64,000 nucleotides of DNA from Gemmatimonadota bacterium (GCA_039588295.1 JBDHAB010000002.1:32001-96000); one strand, 5' to 3'. Numbered from the stretch's first letter, positions 8,141-18,766 are shown. Translations and numbers: made by a program. The notes: a model not told the origin generated them from the sequence alone.

Positions 8141-8754
8141 AAGAGACTCGGCTGCGCCAGCGGCGCGAACGAGATCCGGTGGTGTGGGGTCGGCCCGGTC
8201 CGGGCCAAGGTGGTGAGATGGTGATGCGTCGCGTAGCCCTTGTTCTCCTCCCAGCCGAAGCTCGGGTACCGCGGCGCGAGTCTCGCCATGAGGCGATCCC
8301 GGGCACACTTCGCCAGCACCGACGCCGCCGACACCGACTGACACAGGCCGTCTCCCCCAACCACGGGCTCGTGCTCCCGGCCCAACTCCGGCAGCGCGTT
8401 CCCGTCGAGCAGCACATAGTCCGGCGCGACCCGTAGACGACGCATGGCACGGCGCATCGCGAGAGCCGTCGCGCGCCGGATGTTCATCCGGTCGATCTCC
8501 CGCACGGAGGCCCCGCCCAGCGCCCACGCAACAGCGGCTCGCCTGACTTCTTCGGCGAGCCGTTCTCGTTCGGCTGCAGTCATGAGTTTGGAATCGCGCA
8601 GGCCCTCGAGTGCGGCCTGCCCCGGTGGAAACACCACCGCGGCGGCAATCACCGGACCGGCGATAGGACCCCGCCCCACCTCGTCCAGCCCGGCAACGGT
8701 CCGGAAACCCTTCGCCCAGAGCGCCCGCTCGCGCTCAAGCGTCGGGTCCGCCAC
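8137..8754 (-). CDS. rnhB: Ribonuclease HII
   Basis: AGLDEVGRGPIAGPV, DSK, LLDG, SVSAASVLAK, NKGYAT. Confidence 0.96.
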   Translation of the reverse strand: MADPTLERERALWAKGFRTVAGLDEVGRGPIAGPVIAAAVVFPPGQAALEGLRDSKLMTAAERERLAEEVRRAAVAWALGGASVREIDRMNIRRATALAMRRAMRRLRVAPDYVLLDGNALPELGREHEPVVGGDGLCQSVSAASVLAKCARDRLMARLAPRYPSFGWEENKGYATHHHLTTLARTGPTPHHRISFAPLAQPSLF

Positions 8755-9102
8755 CTAATACTCTTTCCGCTCCGGAATGCGGGCGGCTCTGCCGGCGAGT
8801 TGCTTCAGGTAGTACAGCTTCGCGCGCCGCACCCGGCCCCGTCGCACCACATCGATGCGCGCGACGGTCGGTGAGTGAAGCGGGAATACGCGCTCGACCC
8901 CGACGCCACCGGAGACTTTCCGCACGGTGAACGTCTCGCTGATTCCACCGCCCCTGCGGGCGATACACACCCCCTCGAACACCTGCAGACGCTGCTTGTC
9001 GCCTTCACGCACGCGGACCGAGATCCGGAGCGTGTCGCCCGGCCGGAAATCGGGGAGGTCGTCCCGCAATCCCTCGCGCTGGATCGCGTCCATCGGATTC
9101 AT
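8755..9102 (-). CDS. rplS: 50S ribosomal protein L19
   Basis: [28 protein letters not shown]. Confidence 0.98.
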   Translation of the reverse strand: MNPMDAIQREGLRDDLPDFRPGDTLRISVRVREGDKQRLQVFEGVCIARRGGGISETFTVRKVSGGVGVERVFPLHSPTVARIDVVRRGRVRRAKLYYLKQLAGRAARIPERKEY

Positions 9103-9112
9103 CGTACACCTC

Positions 9113-9820
9113 TCACGTCTCGGTCTCGTCGGACCGCTGTTCAGCCTCGTGGCGGGCCCACAGGTCAGGCCGCCGCATTCGCGTCAGTTCCTCCGCCTGG
9201 GCCTGTCGCCAGGCTGCCACGGCGGCGTGATCACCGCTCACCAGCACGTCGGGCACCGCATGGCCGCGATATGTGCGCGGGCGCGTGTAGCTCGGAGGAC
9301 TCAAGAGTCCCTCGTAGAACGAATCACCGGCCGCGGACTCATGGTCACCCAGCGCTCCCGGGAGCAGCCGGACGACTGCATCGATCACGCACAGCGCGGC
9401 AAACTCACCACCGGAGAACACCACATCTCCGAGCGTGATCTCCTCGGTGTCCCCCCACAACGCCACCCGGGCATCGAGGTCCTTGTAGTGCCCGCAGAGG
9501 AGCGTGAGCTCCCGGCCGACACTGTACCGCACCGCATCCTCGTGCGCGAACGGCCTCCCTCGCGCAGACAGCAACACGATCGGTGGCGACGGCGCCAAGT
9601 CATCGAGTGCCTCGTAGAACGGCTCGGGCTTGAGCACCATCCCCGCCCCACCACCGTACGGATAATCGTCGACAGTTTGGTGCCGGTCGTGGGTGTACGT
9701 CCGCAAGTCGACGACCCGATACGTCACCAGGCCCTTGTCTGCCGCCCGTCCCAAGATGCTCGTACGGATCGGGGCGTCAAACAGCTCCGGGAACAGCGTT
9801 ACGACGTTGACCCGGAGCAT
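9113..9820 (-). CDS. trmD: tRNA (guanine37-N1)-methyltransferase
   Basis: [12 protein letters not shown] start; [27 protein letters not shown]; position in the rpsP-rimM-trmD-rplS operon. Confidence 0.96.
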   Translation of the reverse strand: MLRVNVVTLFPELFDAPIRTSILGRAADKGLVTYRVVDLRTYTHDRHQTVDDYPYGGGAGMVLKPEPFYEALDDLAPSPPIVLLSARGRPFAHEDAVRYSVGRELTLLCGHYKDLDARVALWGDTEEITLGDVVFSGGEFAALCVIDAVVRLLPGALGDHESAAGDSFYEGLLSPPSYTRPRTYRGHAVPDVLVSGDHAAVAAWRQAQAEELTRMRRPDLWARHEAEQRSDETET

Positions 9821-9824
9821 CCTG

Positions 9825-10349
9825 CTACAGCTCCAACAATCCTTCGGGCGGATCGACCTCAATTGTCCGCGTCGCTCGATCGATCCGCCGGACCAGTGGT
9901 TTGCGGAACGGAACGAACACCTCCCGACCCGCAACGTCCACGACCAGCAACCGGTTTCCACCCGGTATCTCCATCAGTTCCGTCGCGACACCGATCTCGC
10001 GATCGCCAACCACGACGCGGGACCCCGGAATTTCGTGGATGTACAGCTCATCCTCGGACGGCGGCCGCAGTTCACTCTGCGGCACCCCAAACACCCGCTG
10101 GTGCCAACCCTCCAATGTCGGCCGATCCCCGACTCCTTCGAATTTCAGCAACCACTGGCGCTGATACGGCCGGCTTCGCTCCACCACGACCGGGGCACCG
10201 ATGGGGCTGCCGGCTTCATCGATGGGCGTCAGCAAGCGACCGGCGGCCAAGACCGTATCGGGCTCATCGGTCAGCGGCCAAGCAACGACCTCGCCTTTGA
10301 GCCCGTGCGGCTTGCGGAGGCGTGCCACCGCCAGGTAGCCGCCCTCCAT
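9825..10349 (-). CDS. rimM: 16S rRNA processing protein RimM
   Basis: KPHGLKGEV, VFVPF, DPPEGLLEL; operon context. Confidence 0.95.
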   Translation of the reverse strand: MEGGYLAVARLRKPHGLKGEVVAWPLTDEPDTVLAAGRLLTPIDEAGSPIGAPVVVERSRPYQRQWLLKFEGVGDRPTLEGWHQRVFGVPQSELRPPSEDELYIHEIPGSRVVVGDREIGVATELMEIPGGNRLLVVDVAGREVFVPFRKPLVRRIDRATRTIEVDPPEGLLEL

Positions 10350-10355
10350 GGCGCG

Positions 10356-10616
10356 CTAGCTCTCGGCGGTTGCGCCGAAAACGCCGGCTTGCTTGAACAG
10401 CGAACGGACGGTGTCCGACGGGGTCGCCCCCTTCGCCAGCCACGCCCTCGCACGGTCCGCATCCACCGTGATCGTCACCGGGTTCGTTCGTGGGTTGTAA
10501 TGTCCAATGGACTCCACGAACCGACCGCCTCGTGCCGTCGTGCGCTCCGCTACGACAATACGATACTCCGGTTGCTTCTTTCGGCCGATGCGACGCAAAC
10601 GGATTCGAGTCGCCAT
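10356..10616 (-). CDS. rpsP: 30S ribosomal protein S16
   Basis: IRLRRIGRKKQPEYRIVVA, IGHYNP, WLAKGATPSDTV. Confidence 0.98.
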   Translation of the reverse strand: MATRIRLRRIGRKKQPEYRIVVAERTTARGGRFVESIGHYNPRTNPVTITVDADRARAWLAKGATPSDTVRSLFKQAGVFGATAES

Positions 10617-10621
10617 ACCCT

Positions 10622-12004
10622 CTACCTTGAGAACTCCTGTAACATGCCGGGCGGAACCGAGCGTCCCGCCCGCTTCATCATCTTCTGCATCTGCTCGTAC
10701 TGCTTGAGCAGAGTGTTCACTTCTTGCACTGGCCGCCCGGCCCCGCGTGCAATTCGGGCGCGCCGCGACCCGTTCAACACCTTCGGCCGCCGCCGCTCTT
10801 GAGGCGTCATCGACAGGATGATCGCCTCGACGTGGGCGAGCTTCTTCGGGTCCGCGTTCGCCTGCTTGAGCAGCTTGGGATTCATGCCCGGCAGCAGCCC
10901 CAGCAACCCGTCCAGCGGGCCCATCCGGCGAACCTGGCGCATCGCGGTCAGGTAATCCTCGAGGTCCATGCCCTTCTTCGAGGTCGCCTTCCGTGCAATT
11001 CGCTCCGCTTCTTCGGTCTTGACCGCCCGCTGTGCGCGCTCAACGAGTCCCACCACATCGCCGCGCTCCAAGATCCGACCCGCCATCCGCACTGGGTCAA
11101 ACAGATCGAGCGCGTCGAGCTGCTCACCGATGCCGACGAACTTGATCGGCGCACCGGTAACTCCGTAAATCGAAAGCGCCGCACCACCGCGAGCGTCACC
11201 GTCCAACTTCGTGAGGATCACGCCCGTGATTCCAACCGTATCGTGAAACCCCTTGGCGATCCGCACGGCGTCCTGGCCAGTCATCGCGTCGGCGACCAGC
11301 AGAATCTCGTGCGGTCGGACGGCATCCTTCAGCGCCGTCAGTTCCGCCATCATCTCGTCGTCGATCTGCAGCCGTCCGGATGTGTCGACCAGCACCGTGC
11401 GGGCACGCGCGGCCGATGCCGCCGCGATACCCTCCCGCACCAGCCCCACGACATCGGCGGCGGCAGGTCGCGACCGGTCCCCTGACGCCGGAACCGCCAA
11501 TCCGTCGGTCTGCCGATCCGTCGATCCGAACACCCCCACCCCGACCCGGTCGGCCAGCTGCCGGAGCTGGTCCTCGGCCGCCGGCCGATACACGTCCGCC
11601 GCTACGAGAAACGGCGCCTTCTGCTCCCGCTTGAGGCGAACGGCCAGCTTCCCCGCGGTCGTCGTCTTGCCCGAGCCCTGCAGCCCCGCGAGCAACATGA
11701 CCGTGGGCGGCACCGACGCGAACGCCAACGGCACCTGTTTCTCGCCCAGCATCCCGACGAGCTCGTCGTGGACGATCTTCACGAGCTGCTGCCCTGGGCT
11801 CACCGACTTGATCGTGTCGAGCCCCACCGCCTGCTGTCGGATGCGCTCCACGAACGATCGCGTGAGCTCATAGCTCACGTCCGCCTCGAGCAGCACCCGG
11901 CGGATCTCCCGGAGCCCGTCCTTGACGTCAGCTTCCGAGAGCACGCCGCGGCCCGTGAGCTTCTTCAGGGCCGCGCTGAGGTTCTCCGACAGACTGCCAA
12001 ACAT
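10622..12004 (-). CDS. ffh: Signal recognition particle protein Ffh
   Basis: LLEADV, GLQGSGKTTT, DVYRPAA, DTSGR, TKLDGDARGG, M-domain SRRARIARGAG. Confidence 0.98.
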   Translation of the reverse strand: MFGSLSENLSAALKKLTGRGVLSEADVKDGLREIRRVLLEADVSYELTRSFVERIRQQAVGLDTIKSVSPGQQLVKIVHDELVGMLGEKQVPLAFASVPPTVMLLAGLQGSGKTTTAGKLAVRLKREQKAPFLVAADVYRPAAEDQLRQLADRVGVGVFGSTDRQTDGLAVPASGDRSRPAAADVVGLVREGIAAASAARARTVLVDTSGRLQIDDEMMAELTALKDAVRPHEILLVADAMTGQDAVRIAKGFHDTVGITGVILTKLDGDARGGAALSIYGVTGAPIKFVGIGEQLDALDLFDPVRMAGRILERGDVVGLVERAQRAVKTEEAERIARKATSKKGMDLEDYLTAMRQVRRMGPLDGLLGLLPGMNPKLLKQANADPKKLAHVEAIILSMTPQERRRPKVLNGSRRARIARGAGRPVQEVNTLLKQYEQMQKMMKRAGRSVPPGMLQEFSR

Positions 12005-12128
12005 AAGAGCCTTACAATATAGTCAGCCGCTATGAGGGATGCTACGGGATTGGGTGCGTTCCCGCGGGACCACCCGCCGATGCATTGGGGCTCCCCGGCA
12101 AACCGGCGGAGGCGGCACCTGCCGCTCG

Positions 12129-13676
12129 CTACAGCGCGATCGCTGCCAGCAGGGTGTAGAGCACCGCGCCGAGTCCCGCGGCCGTCAAGGCCAGCGGAAT
12201 CTGCGTATACACGTGGTCCATCAGATCGGACCCCGTGGCCAGCGACGACAGGATAGTCGTGTCCGAGATCGGCGAGCACTGATCGCCGAACACGCTGCCT
12301 CCCGTCACAGCGCCGAAACAGAGGAGCAGGAAGAGCGGGTCCTGACTCACCGAGTACGCCAGCGGCATGGCGACGGGAAACACCACCGCGTAGGTGCCCC
12401 ACGAGGTCCCGGTCGAGAACGCGATCACCATACACAGCACCAGGAACAGCGCCGGCACGACGACGGGGGTGAGGAAGCCCGAGGTGAGCTCGATGATGTA
12501 GGGAGCCGTCCCCACCGAATCGGCGACGCTCTTGAGGGTCACCGCCAACGCGAGCACGATTGCGCCGATCGTCACACCCTTGCACCCATCGACGATCGCC
12601 TCGATCGCGATCCGCAACCGCATCCCCTTGATCAGCGCGATGGCCAAGCCCGCCAACACGGCCAGCAAAAACGCCTCCGCAATGAGCAGCGTCGGCTCTT
12701 CCCAGCCCAACACGAAGAACGTGTAGAGATAGGGGAGGATCGCCACGCCAAGGAGGGTGCCCATCGGCCCGAAGAAATCGATCAGGCCGCTCCGATACCC
12801 TTCCGCCACCCGGACCACCGTGAGTTCTTCGGAGGTCAAGGGCTGTGCCCCCGGCCGGTTGAGTTGCCCGGTGTCACGCGCCCGCAGGATCGCCCTGGAC
12901 AATTTGCGTCCCACGACGAGTGGTACGTTTCCCCAGAGCCTTCCCGGCAGGAACGGCATCTTCTCGATCGAGAGCAACAGGGTGAACAACACCGCAAACC
13001 ATGCGTAGAAGTTGAACGGCAGCGCTCTGAAGAAGTAGCCAATGCTCTCCGACATCGTCTCCAGAAACGGAACGGTGCCGACGACCAGTCCGCCCACGTA
13101 AATGGGCCAGACGTTGAACGGAATGAGGGTTGCGGCAGGTGAGGCCGTCGAGTCGACGATGTACGAGAGCTCCTCGTGCGAGACCCGGTGCTTGTCACAC
13201 ACGGGGCGCACCGTGGTGCCCGTCAGCACCGTGCTGATCGTGCCACCCTGATGGAACACGATGCCCATGAACCACGCGAACAACTTGGCGGTCCGCGGTC
13301 CCACCACGAGCTTGCTGCCTGCCCACTCCGCGAACGTCTGCGCGCCACCCGTGCGGGTCCAGAGCCCGATCATGCCACCCAATGCCCAGAGGTAGACGAG
13401 CAGGATCAACGCGTACGCCTCACTCCCGATCGACGGAATGAGGTACTCCTGGATGATGTTCAGCTTACCGCTGATGACACCGCCCAGCGCAATGCCAATG
13501 AACAGCGAGCTGATGACTTCACGGGTGAGGAATGCCAAGATGATCGCCACCGCGGGCGGCAGGACCGACCAGAACCCATAGTGGTCGCCGTGTTGGGGGA
13601 ATCGCCCGCTGAGGAGGGCGACGGCCGCCACGACCGCCAACCCGCCGATGAGCAACATGACACCGCGCTTGTTCAA
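12129..13676 (-). CDS. NhaC-family Na+/H+ antiporter-like transporter (possibly amino-acid transport)
   Basis: WSVLPP, LSYIVDSTASP, FSTGTSWGT, GSVFGDQCSPISDTT; TTG start with GGAGG RBS. Confidence 0.9.
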   Translation of the reverse strand: MNKRGVMLLIGGLAVVAAVALLSGRFPQHGDHYGFWSVLPPAVAIILAFLTREVISSLFIGIALGGVISGKLNIIQEYLIPSIGSEAYALILLVYLWALGGMIGLWTRTGGAQTFAEWAGSKLVVGPRTAKLFAWFMGIVFHQGGTISTVLTGTTVRPVCDKHRVSHEELSYIVDSTASPAATLIPFNVWPIYVGGLVVGTVPFLETMSESIGYFFRALPFNFYAWFAVLFTLLLSIEKMPFLPGRLWGNVPLVVGRKLSRAILRARDTGQLNRPGAQPLTSEELTVVRVAEGYRSGLIDFFGPMGTLLGVAILPYLYTFFVLGWEEPTLLIAEAFLLAVLAGLAIALIKGMRLRIAIEAIVDGCKGVTIGAIVLALAVTLKSVADSVGTAPYIIELTSGFLTPVVVPALFLVLCMVIAFSTGTSWGTYAVVFPVAMPLAYSVSQDPLFLLLCFGAVTGGSVFGDQCSPISDTTILSSLATGSDLMDHVYTQIPLALTAAGLGAVLYTLLAAIAL

Positions 13677-14031
13677 CTTGGCCCTCCGAATCCGGTGAGT
13701 CGTCTCGCGGCCGCGAAGCCCGATCCCCAGCCGTCCGTGCGAACCCCGCGCAACCGTGCACCGCGCGCTCGGTCACTCCCAGGGCGTCGCCGATTCTAAC
13801 GCAATCTCCCACGGCGGGCAAAGCGCTCTGCCTCCGTCAGTTTCCCACAAAACGGAAACCGAATGGCGGCGTTCCACGTACCGGTGACGGGAACCGCCGA
13901 CGCCGGACCCATCCGCTTTTGCCGACGCCGCCTTAGATTCGTCGGCAGCATGCCAGCCCACGTTACCCGCCGTCTCGACGGAGCATCCGCCTTCGGGGAC
14001 CTCACATGACCGCTGCCTGCGACCGTCACTC

Positions 14032-15597
14032 ATGATCGCCGAGTTCTCGCTCCTGCGCGCAGCGGTGACCGTCCTGTTCGGAGCTCTCGCCGGGGGGCTC
14101 ACGAATGCCGTGGCAATCTCCATGCTGTTCCACCCCTACGAGCCACGTGGACCGTGGCGCTTCAAGCTCCAGGGCGCGATCCCCAAGAACAGGCCCCGGC
14201 TCGCGAAGACGATCGGCCGGACGGTTGGACAGCGTTTGCTCACCACGGACGATCTCGCCCGCCAACTCAGTGCGCCCGGGATGCAGGAGGCGTTTGACGG
14301 AGCGGTCCGGCAGTTCGTGTCGGCCATGCTCGAGACGGAACGCGGCAGCCTGCGACAGGAACTGCCCCCTGGGGTCCTCACCGAACTCGAGCACGCCACC
14401 GACGGCATCGCATCGTCGGTGGCGGAGTCCGTGACCGATTACGTGGCCACGGACGCCTTCCGTGAGGCCGTGGAACGGTTCCTGACCCGTGCGCGAACCG
14501 AGTTCTCCGATCGGCCGATCGGTGACGTGTTAACTGCCGCGCGCCAGACGGCCATTCGCGAGCGCGTCGAGCAGTGGGTGTCCGACGCCGTGGAGAGCGA
14601 GGAGCTGGACCGCACCATCCGTAGCTGGCTCGACCGGCAGGCGAGTCGGTTCGCGACCGACCGCACCCCGCTCCTGGAGCGCCTGCCTCCCGACTTGGTC
14701 GCGGTCGTGGAGCGGGAGATGGCGGGCTATCTGCCGATGGCGCTCGACCGGCTCGCAGCGACGCTTGCCGATCCGCAGGCCCGGGGGCGGATCCAGCGAA
14801 CCCTCCACGAGCTGTTCCAGCGGTTCATTCGCGAGTTGTTGATCCACCAACGTATCGTGGCACGGCTCGTCGTGACCGAGAAGATGGTCGCTCGGCTGCT
14901 GGACAACTTCGAGCGCGAGGGGGTCGACCATGTGTCGGCGCTGCTGGATGAGCCGGAAATGCGGACGCAGATCGCGCGAAGCATCAACGACGCAGTCGTA
15001 GGATTTCTCCGTCGCCCGCTCGCGGAGCACCTCGAACGCCTCGGACCGGAGCGCATCGCCGGCATCACCGAGACGGCGGCTCAACACATCACCTTGGCCC
15101 TCCGCGACCCGCTCACGCGCACCCATGCCATTGAGCGGCTCGACCGCGCGCTGCAATCGGCCGAGGACCGTACGTGGGGCGAACTGCTGCGGCATCTGCA
15201 GCCCGAACGCGCGGCAGGCTGGGTAGCCGAAACCGCGCGCACCCCGCGTCTGAAGGATTGGGTCGCCGACGGAACGGCCACTGCGCTGCGGGCCGCTTTG
15301 GACCGCCCCATTGGACGCCCGGCCGACTGGCTGCCGGAAGGCCAAGCGGATCGCCTCACGGCCGCGCTGTCGCCCACCCTATGGAAGTGGATTCAGCAGC
15401 AGGTGCCCGAGGTGGTGGCGCGGGTCGACGTTCAGTCGATAGTGGAGGAGAAGGTGCTCAGCTTCTCGCTTGAGCGGATCGAACAGATCGTGCGCGCCAC
15501 GACACAACGTGAGCTCGACATCATTATCCGGCTGGGCTACGCCCTCGGTGCCATGGTCGGCGCCATGGCGTACTTCGTGTCTCTGGTGTTGCCGTAG
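14032..15597 (+). CDS. DUF445 family membrane-anchored helical protein
   Basis: GGLTNAVAISMLFHP..QGAIPK N-terminus and ELDIIIRLGYALG C-terminus. Confidence 0.88.
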   Translation: MIAEFSLLRAAVTVLFGALAGGLTNAVAISMLFHPYEPRGPWRFKLQGAIPKNRPRLAKTIGRTVGQRLLTTDDLARQLSAPGMQEAFDGAVRQFVSAMLETERGSLRQELPPGVLTELEHATDGIASSVAESVTDYVATDAFREAVERFLTRARTEFSDRPIGDVLTAARQTAIRERVEQWVSDAVESEELDRTIRSWLDRQASRFATDRTPLLERLPPDLVAVVEREMAGYLPMALDRLAATLADPQARGRIQRTLHELFQRFIRELLIHQRIVARLVVTEKMVARLLDNFEREGVDHVSALLDEPEMRTQIARSINDAVVGFLRRPLAEHLERLGPERIAGITETAAQHITLALRDPLTRTHAIERLDRALQSAEDRTWGELLRHLQPERAAGWVAETARTPRLKDWVADGTATALRAALDRPIGRPADWLPEGQADRLTAALSPTLWKWIQQQVPEVVARVDVQSIVEEKVLSFSLERIEQIVRATTQRELDIIIRLGYALGAMVGAMAYFVSLVLP

Positions 15598-15610
15598 TCT
15601 CCGAGGCTCG

Positions 15611-16801
15611 TCACCGCACGGCCCGAGGAGGGCTCTCCCACCCTCCCCACGACGCCGGAGCATCGATCAAGCGCACGCCGGGTCTCCCACCGACCGGCGT
15701 GCGCTCGACCATGAATCGTCGAACCCCGCGGGCATTCCTTTGCCATCCACGCTCCAGCAGGGTCGCAAACCGATCGGCAGCCTTCTCGTCGTCCCACGCG
15801 GTCCACCACACGAGCGCGTACTCGCTCCCCTGTGCGCGGTAGACGCCGTAACGGTCGCCACCCCACGAACGCGCTCCTGCACGAGCGGTGGCCTCGCTCC
15901 CCATCAGCACAGTCAGCAGTACCCGCGTCTCAAATTCTCCCAGCCCGTCGGAATAGACTAACCCGGCTTCGTCGATGATTCGGAAATCGACCGGTTCGTC
16001 CCGGCGCAGATATCGGTCCGGATGCAGGATGTGCTCGGTCGAGAGCGGCATTCTCGGCCCGAACGGGACCGTGTCACGAAACGAGCGCTTGAACCACCTG
16101 ACGAAGTTCGCCCCCTCGAGATAGGGAAACACGATCGTCTCCTGCACGATGAGCGGTGCAGCGCTGAATACCGGCATCTGCGCATGCTGCCGTTTCAGCT
16201 GCTGGCGATAGGTATCCCAGAAGTTCGGAATGGCGTCGAAATCTCGCTTTGGCATCAGGACTTCGATCGAGGCCAGTGTCGCCTGCCCCTCCAAGACCGC
16301 CTGCGTGGCCATCCGCCGATCGTTGGCGCCGGGGATCGCCAGCAGCGAGTCGAGCGTCAGGTATTGCCCCTGCAGTGCGTGCACCAGCTCGTGCGCCAGG
16401 GTGAGTCGCACGAGCATCGGATCGACACCCTCCACGACGTACAGGGTCGCCGAGTCCGGATCGTAGTAGCCAACGACCTGTTCCGTGTACAGCGACAGCA
16501 GCAGCTGCCTGAGGTCCAGCGTATCAGGAAGAAGACCGAAAAGACGGTAGGCAGCCCCCATCCCCTCGAGTTTCTCTGGCGGTAACTCATCGTCCAATTT
16601 ACGAGCCATGTACGCAGCGACCTGTTCGCGGGACCGCAATTCCACACGGGGCGGTTCCTTGAACGGCAGGCCCACTGCGCGTTCCACCTCGGGAGTGAGC
16701 TCTTCCGTGTACCGCCGGATCTTCTCGCCGATCTGGGCCTCCCCCCGCTCGCCGCACGCGACGAGCGCGAGTCCGAGGAGACAACCGATCAGCGAACGCA
16801 C
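15611..16801 (-). CDS. Putative lipoprotein zinc metallopeptidase (HExxH)
   Basis: LLGLALVAC lipobox; GYYDP, LAHELVHALQ, EGQAT, FPY.EG, STEHILHP; start uncertain (GTG 16801 or ATG 16862). Confidence 0.8.
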   Translation of the reverse strand: MRSLIGCLLGLALVACGERGEAQIGEKIRRYTEELTPEVERAVGLPFKEPPRVELRSREQVAAYMARKLDDELPPEKLEGMGAAYRLFGLLPDTLDLRQLLLSLYTEQVVGYYDPDSATLYVVEGVDPMLVRLTLAHELVHALQGQYLTLDSLLAIPGANDRRMATQAVLEGQATLASIEVLMPKRDFDAIPNFWDTYRQQLKRQHAQMPVFSAAPLIVQETIVFPYLEGANFVRWFKRSFRDTVPFGPRMPLSTEHILHPDRYLRRDEPVDFRIIDEAGLVYSDGLGEFETRVLLTVLMGSEATARAGARSWGGDRYGVYRAQGSEYALVWWTAWDDEKAADRFATLLERGWQRNARGVRRFMVERTPVGGRPGVRLIDAPASWGGWESPPRAVR

Positions 16802-16992
16802 GAGTGACCCGCCGGCGCGGCGACACGCCGAGCCAGCGCACGGCACATGAAGGACTTGCATGGTAGAAACGTCATCCCTGGACTCCATCGATGCACTCCT
16901 CCGCGGGACGCCACCGAGTTTCCGCCCCTCTATGGCGGCGCAGAACAATAACCCCGAACCGTCCAGAAGGTTCGCGCCCGGCAACCGGACGC

Positions 16993-17025
16993 AAAACCGC
17001 CGGGCAGCAGCGCTGCCCGGCGGTT
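16993..17025 (-). terminator. Rho-independent terminator of the ECF/DUF4097 operon
   Basis: 14-bp stem AACCGCCGGGCAGC/GCTGCCCGGCGGTT ending in TTTT on the minus strand, about 25 nt after stop 17051. Confidence 0.8.
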
Positions 17026-17050
17026 GACCTCCTCACCCCGGAGATACGCC

Positions 17051-17878
17051 TCAGCGGCCTCTGCGGAGCCGAATTCCCCCAGTTACCGTGCTCAGGCGCA
17101 GTGTGCGGCCGCCGTCTCCGATGGTGCCAGAGACCTGTTTGGGACCCCACTTACCCTGCACGGTGAGCGGAAAGTCGGAATCGAACCCACCGGTCACCAT
17201 GCTCGCCTTGACTTCGGCGCTCACATCCGCCGGCATGACGATGGTTATGCCGCCGTTCACCGTGGCAATCTCCAGGTCGCCACGCCAATCGGCACTGCCC
17301 ATCCGCACGTCGACAGACCCGTTGACGGTGCGCGCCTCAACAACGCCGGCGGTCTCCACTTCGACCCGGCCGTTCACGGTATAGGCATTGACCTTGGCGC
17401 CCAGCCCCGTGGCCTCGATCGCTCCGTTGATGGTGCTGGCCACCAGGTTCACACCTGCGGGCACTCGAACCGTGAAGTCGACCCGAGTGTCGTTCTCGTG
17501 CACGCTCATATGCCCGTGACCGCCGGGACGGCACTCATTGGGATCCTCGTCCGGATCGCTTGGGTACATGGCGCAGATCGTCACACCGCCGTCGTGCTCG
17601 ACGACCTCGAACGTGACGTCTTCGGCAGCCCCTCTGCGGCCAGCTTTCTTGGTAGCAGTCACCGCAACCTCAGAACCGCCGGCGGTGGCGCGAATCGGTC
17701 CGTTGATCCCCCTGATCTCGATCGCCCGTCCGGCCGAGATGCTGCCGCTCCATTCGAACGTCTCCTGCTGCACTGCAGAGAGACTGATCGCCGTCGGGGG
17801 AACTGGATCAGTGGCCGAAGACACCATCATGCCGTGCCCCATCAAGGCGGCCACAATCAGTATTGGGAACACTCTCAT
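17051..17878 (-). CDS. DUF4097 family beta-strand repeat secreted protein
   Basis: Signal peptide; repeated T(I/V)NG.(I/V) motifs; FDSDFPLT; LRLSTVTGGIRLRR. Confidence 0.88.
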   Translation of the reverse strand: MRVFPILIVAALMGHGMMVSSATDPVPPTAISLSAVQQETFEWSGSISAGRAIEIRGINGPIRATAGGSEVAVTATKKAGRRGAAEDVTFEVVEHDGGVTICAMYPSDPDEDPNECRPGGHGHMSVHENDTRVDFTVRVPAGVNLVASTINGAIEATGLGAKVNAYTVNGRVEVETAGVVEARTVNGSVDVRMGSADWRGDLEIATVNGGITIVMPADVSAEVKASMVTGGFDSDFPLTVQGKWGPKQVSGTIGDGGRTLRLSTVTGGIRLRRGR

Positions 17879-17917
17879 TGGGAAATCTCCTCAACGTCGT
17901 GGTCAGTAAGCCGGACC

Positions 17918-18766
17918 CTACGGCCGGCGCAGTCGAATGGACCCACCAAAGGACTCCAGCTCGATCCGCGCCCCGCCGGTGCCAATCGTGAAGTGGAACT
18001 GCTTCCCACCAGCCTTCGTCTGACTCAGGGTCAGCGGGAAATCGCTCTCGAACCCGCCGCTGAACGTCGAAACGGATACCGTGGCGTTCACTCCCGCCGG
18101 CACCGCCACGCTCAGGTCACCATTGTGCGTATTGAACGAATAGCGTCCGTCATCACGGAGGGTCCCGTCATAGCTGACCCCGCCGTTCATGGTGTTGGCC
18201 TCCACCAGCCGTGACTCGATGCCACGCATCGTGATGGAGCCGTTGACGGTCGACACCGTGATCTCTCCTCGGGCATCGAACACCTCGACCCCCGCGTTCA
18301 CCGCCTCGAGCTCGATGCGTCCTTCTGCCCCGCGGCACTCCACAGGGCCATGGACCGAGACGATCTTGACGAAGCCACGGCCACCGACCAGCCGGACCGG
18401 CCCCTGGACCGTCTCGACACTGACCTCACCCGACACACCCTCGAGATCCACCGCCATCCAGGCTCCTTCGATGTTCATGTCCAGCGACGCCGGAACGGTG
18501 AGGTCGAACTCCACGGATCCAGGCGCACCCCACTCCGTCCCCACGTCCAGACGCACGGTCCCGTCATCGCGCTCGATCTCGACATACTCGGAAGGGGAAT
18601 GGTCTGCCACGATCCGCAGCTCGTTGCGCTCCCAGGTCCGCACGGTGACCTGCCCTCTGAGCATCTCGACGTTCAAACGTGTCGCCGACCCGAGCGGAAT
18701 GATCGTATCGGTCTGGGGAACGAGCCCCGCGCTCAGCGCCACAGCAGCCACCAAAGTTCCTAACAT
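17918..18766 (-). CDS. DUF4097 family beta-strand repeat secreted protein
   Basis: Signal peptide; STVNGSI, NTMNGGV, NTHNGDL repeats; FESDFPLT; IELESFGGSIRLRR. Confidence 0.88.
   Translation of the reverse strand: MLGTLVAAVALSAGLVPQTDTIIPLGSATRLNVEMLRGQVTVRTWERNELRIVADHSPSEYVEIERDDGTVRLDVGTEWGAPGSVEFDLTVPASLDMNIEGAWMAVDLEGVSGEVSVETVQGPVRLVGGRGFVKIVSVHGPVECRGAEGRIELEAVNAGVEVFDARGEITVSTVNGSITMRGIESRLVEANTMNGGVSYDGTLRDDGRYSFNTHNGDLSVAVPAGVNATVSVSTFSGGFESDFPLTLSQTKAGGKQFHFTIGTGGARIELESFGGSIRLRRP

Noticed and set aside
8927..10300. 457-aa plus-strand ORF over rplS-trmD-rimM (likewise 29657-31555, 53584-55587, 62509-63864 and other shadow ORFs)
   Set aside because: These overlap clearly identified genes and have Arg/Pro-rich composition typical of off-frame translation in high-GC DNA.
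13677..14031. Possible riboswitch or sRNA between the NhaC-like and DUF445 genes (hairpins near 13834-13869 and 13920-13947)
   Set aside because: No recognisable aptamer consensus (glycine, lysine, SAM, TPP); short hairpins are expected at this GC content. An Rfam scan would settle it.
16975..17030. GGACGCAAAACCGCCGG resembling a c-di-GMP-I riboswitch
   Set aside because: Lacks the GGCAAA/GAAA P2 arm, has no downstream plus-strand gene, and is fully explained as the minus-strand terminator.
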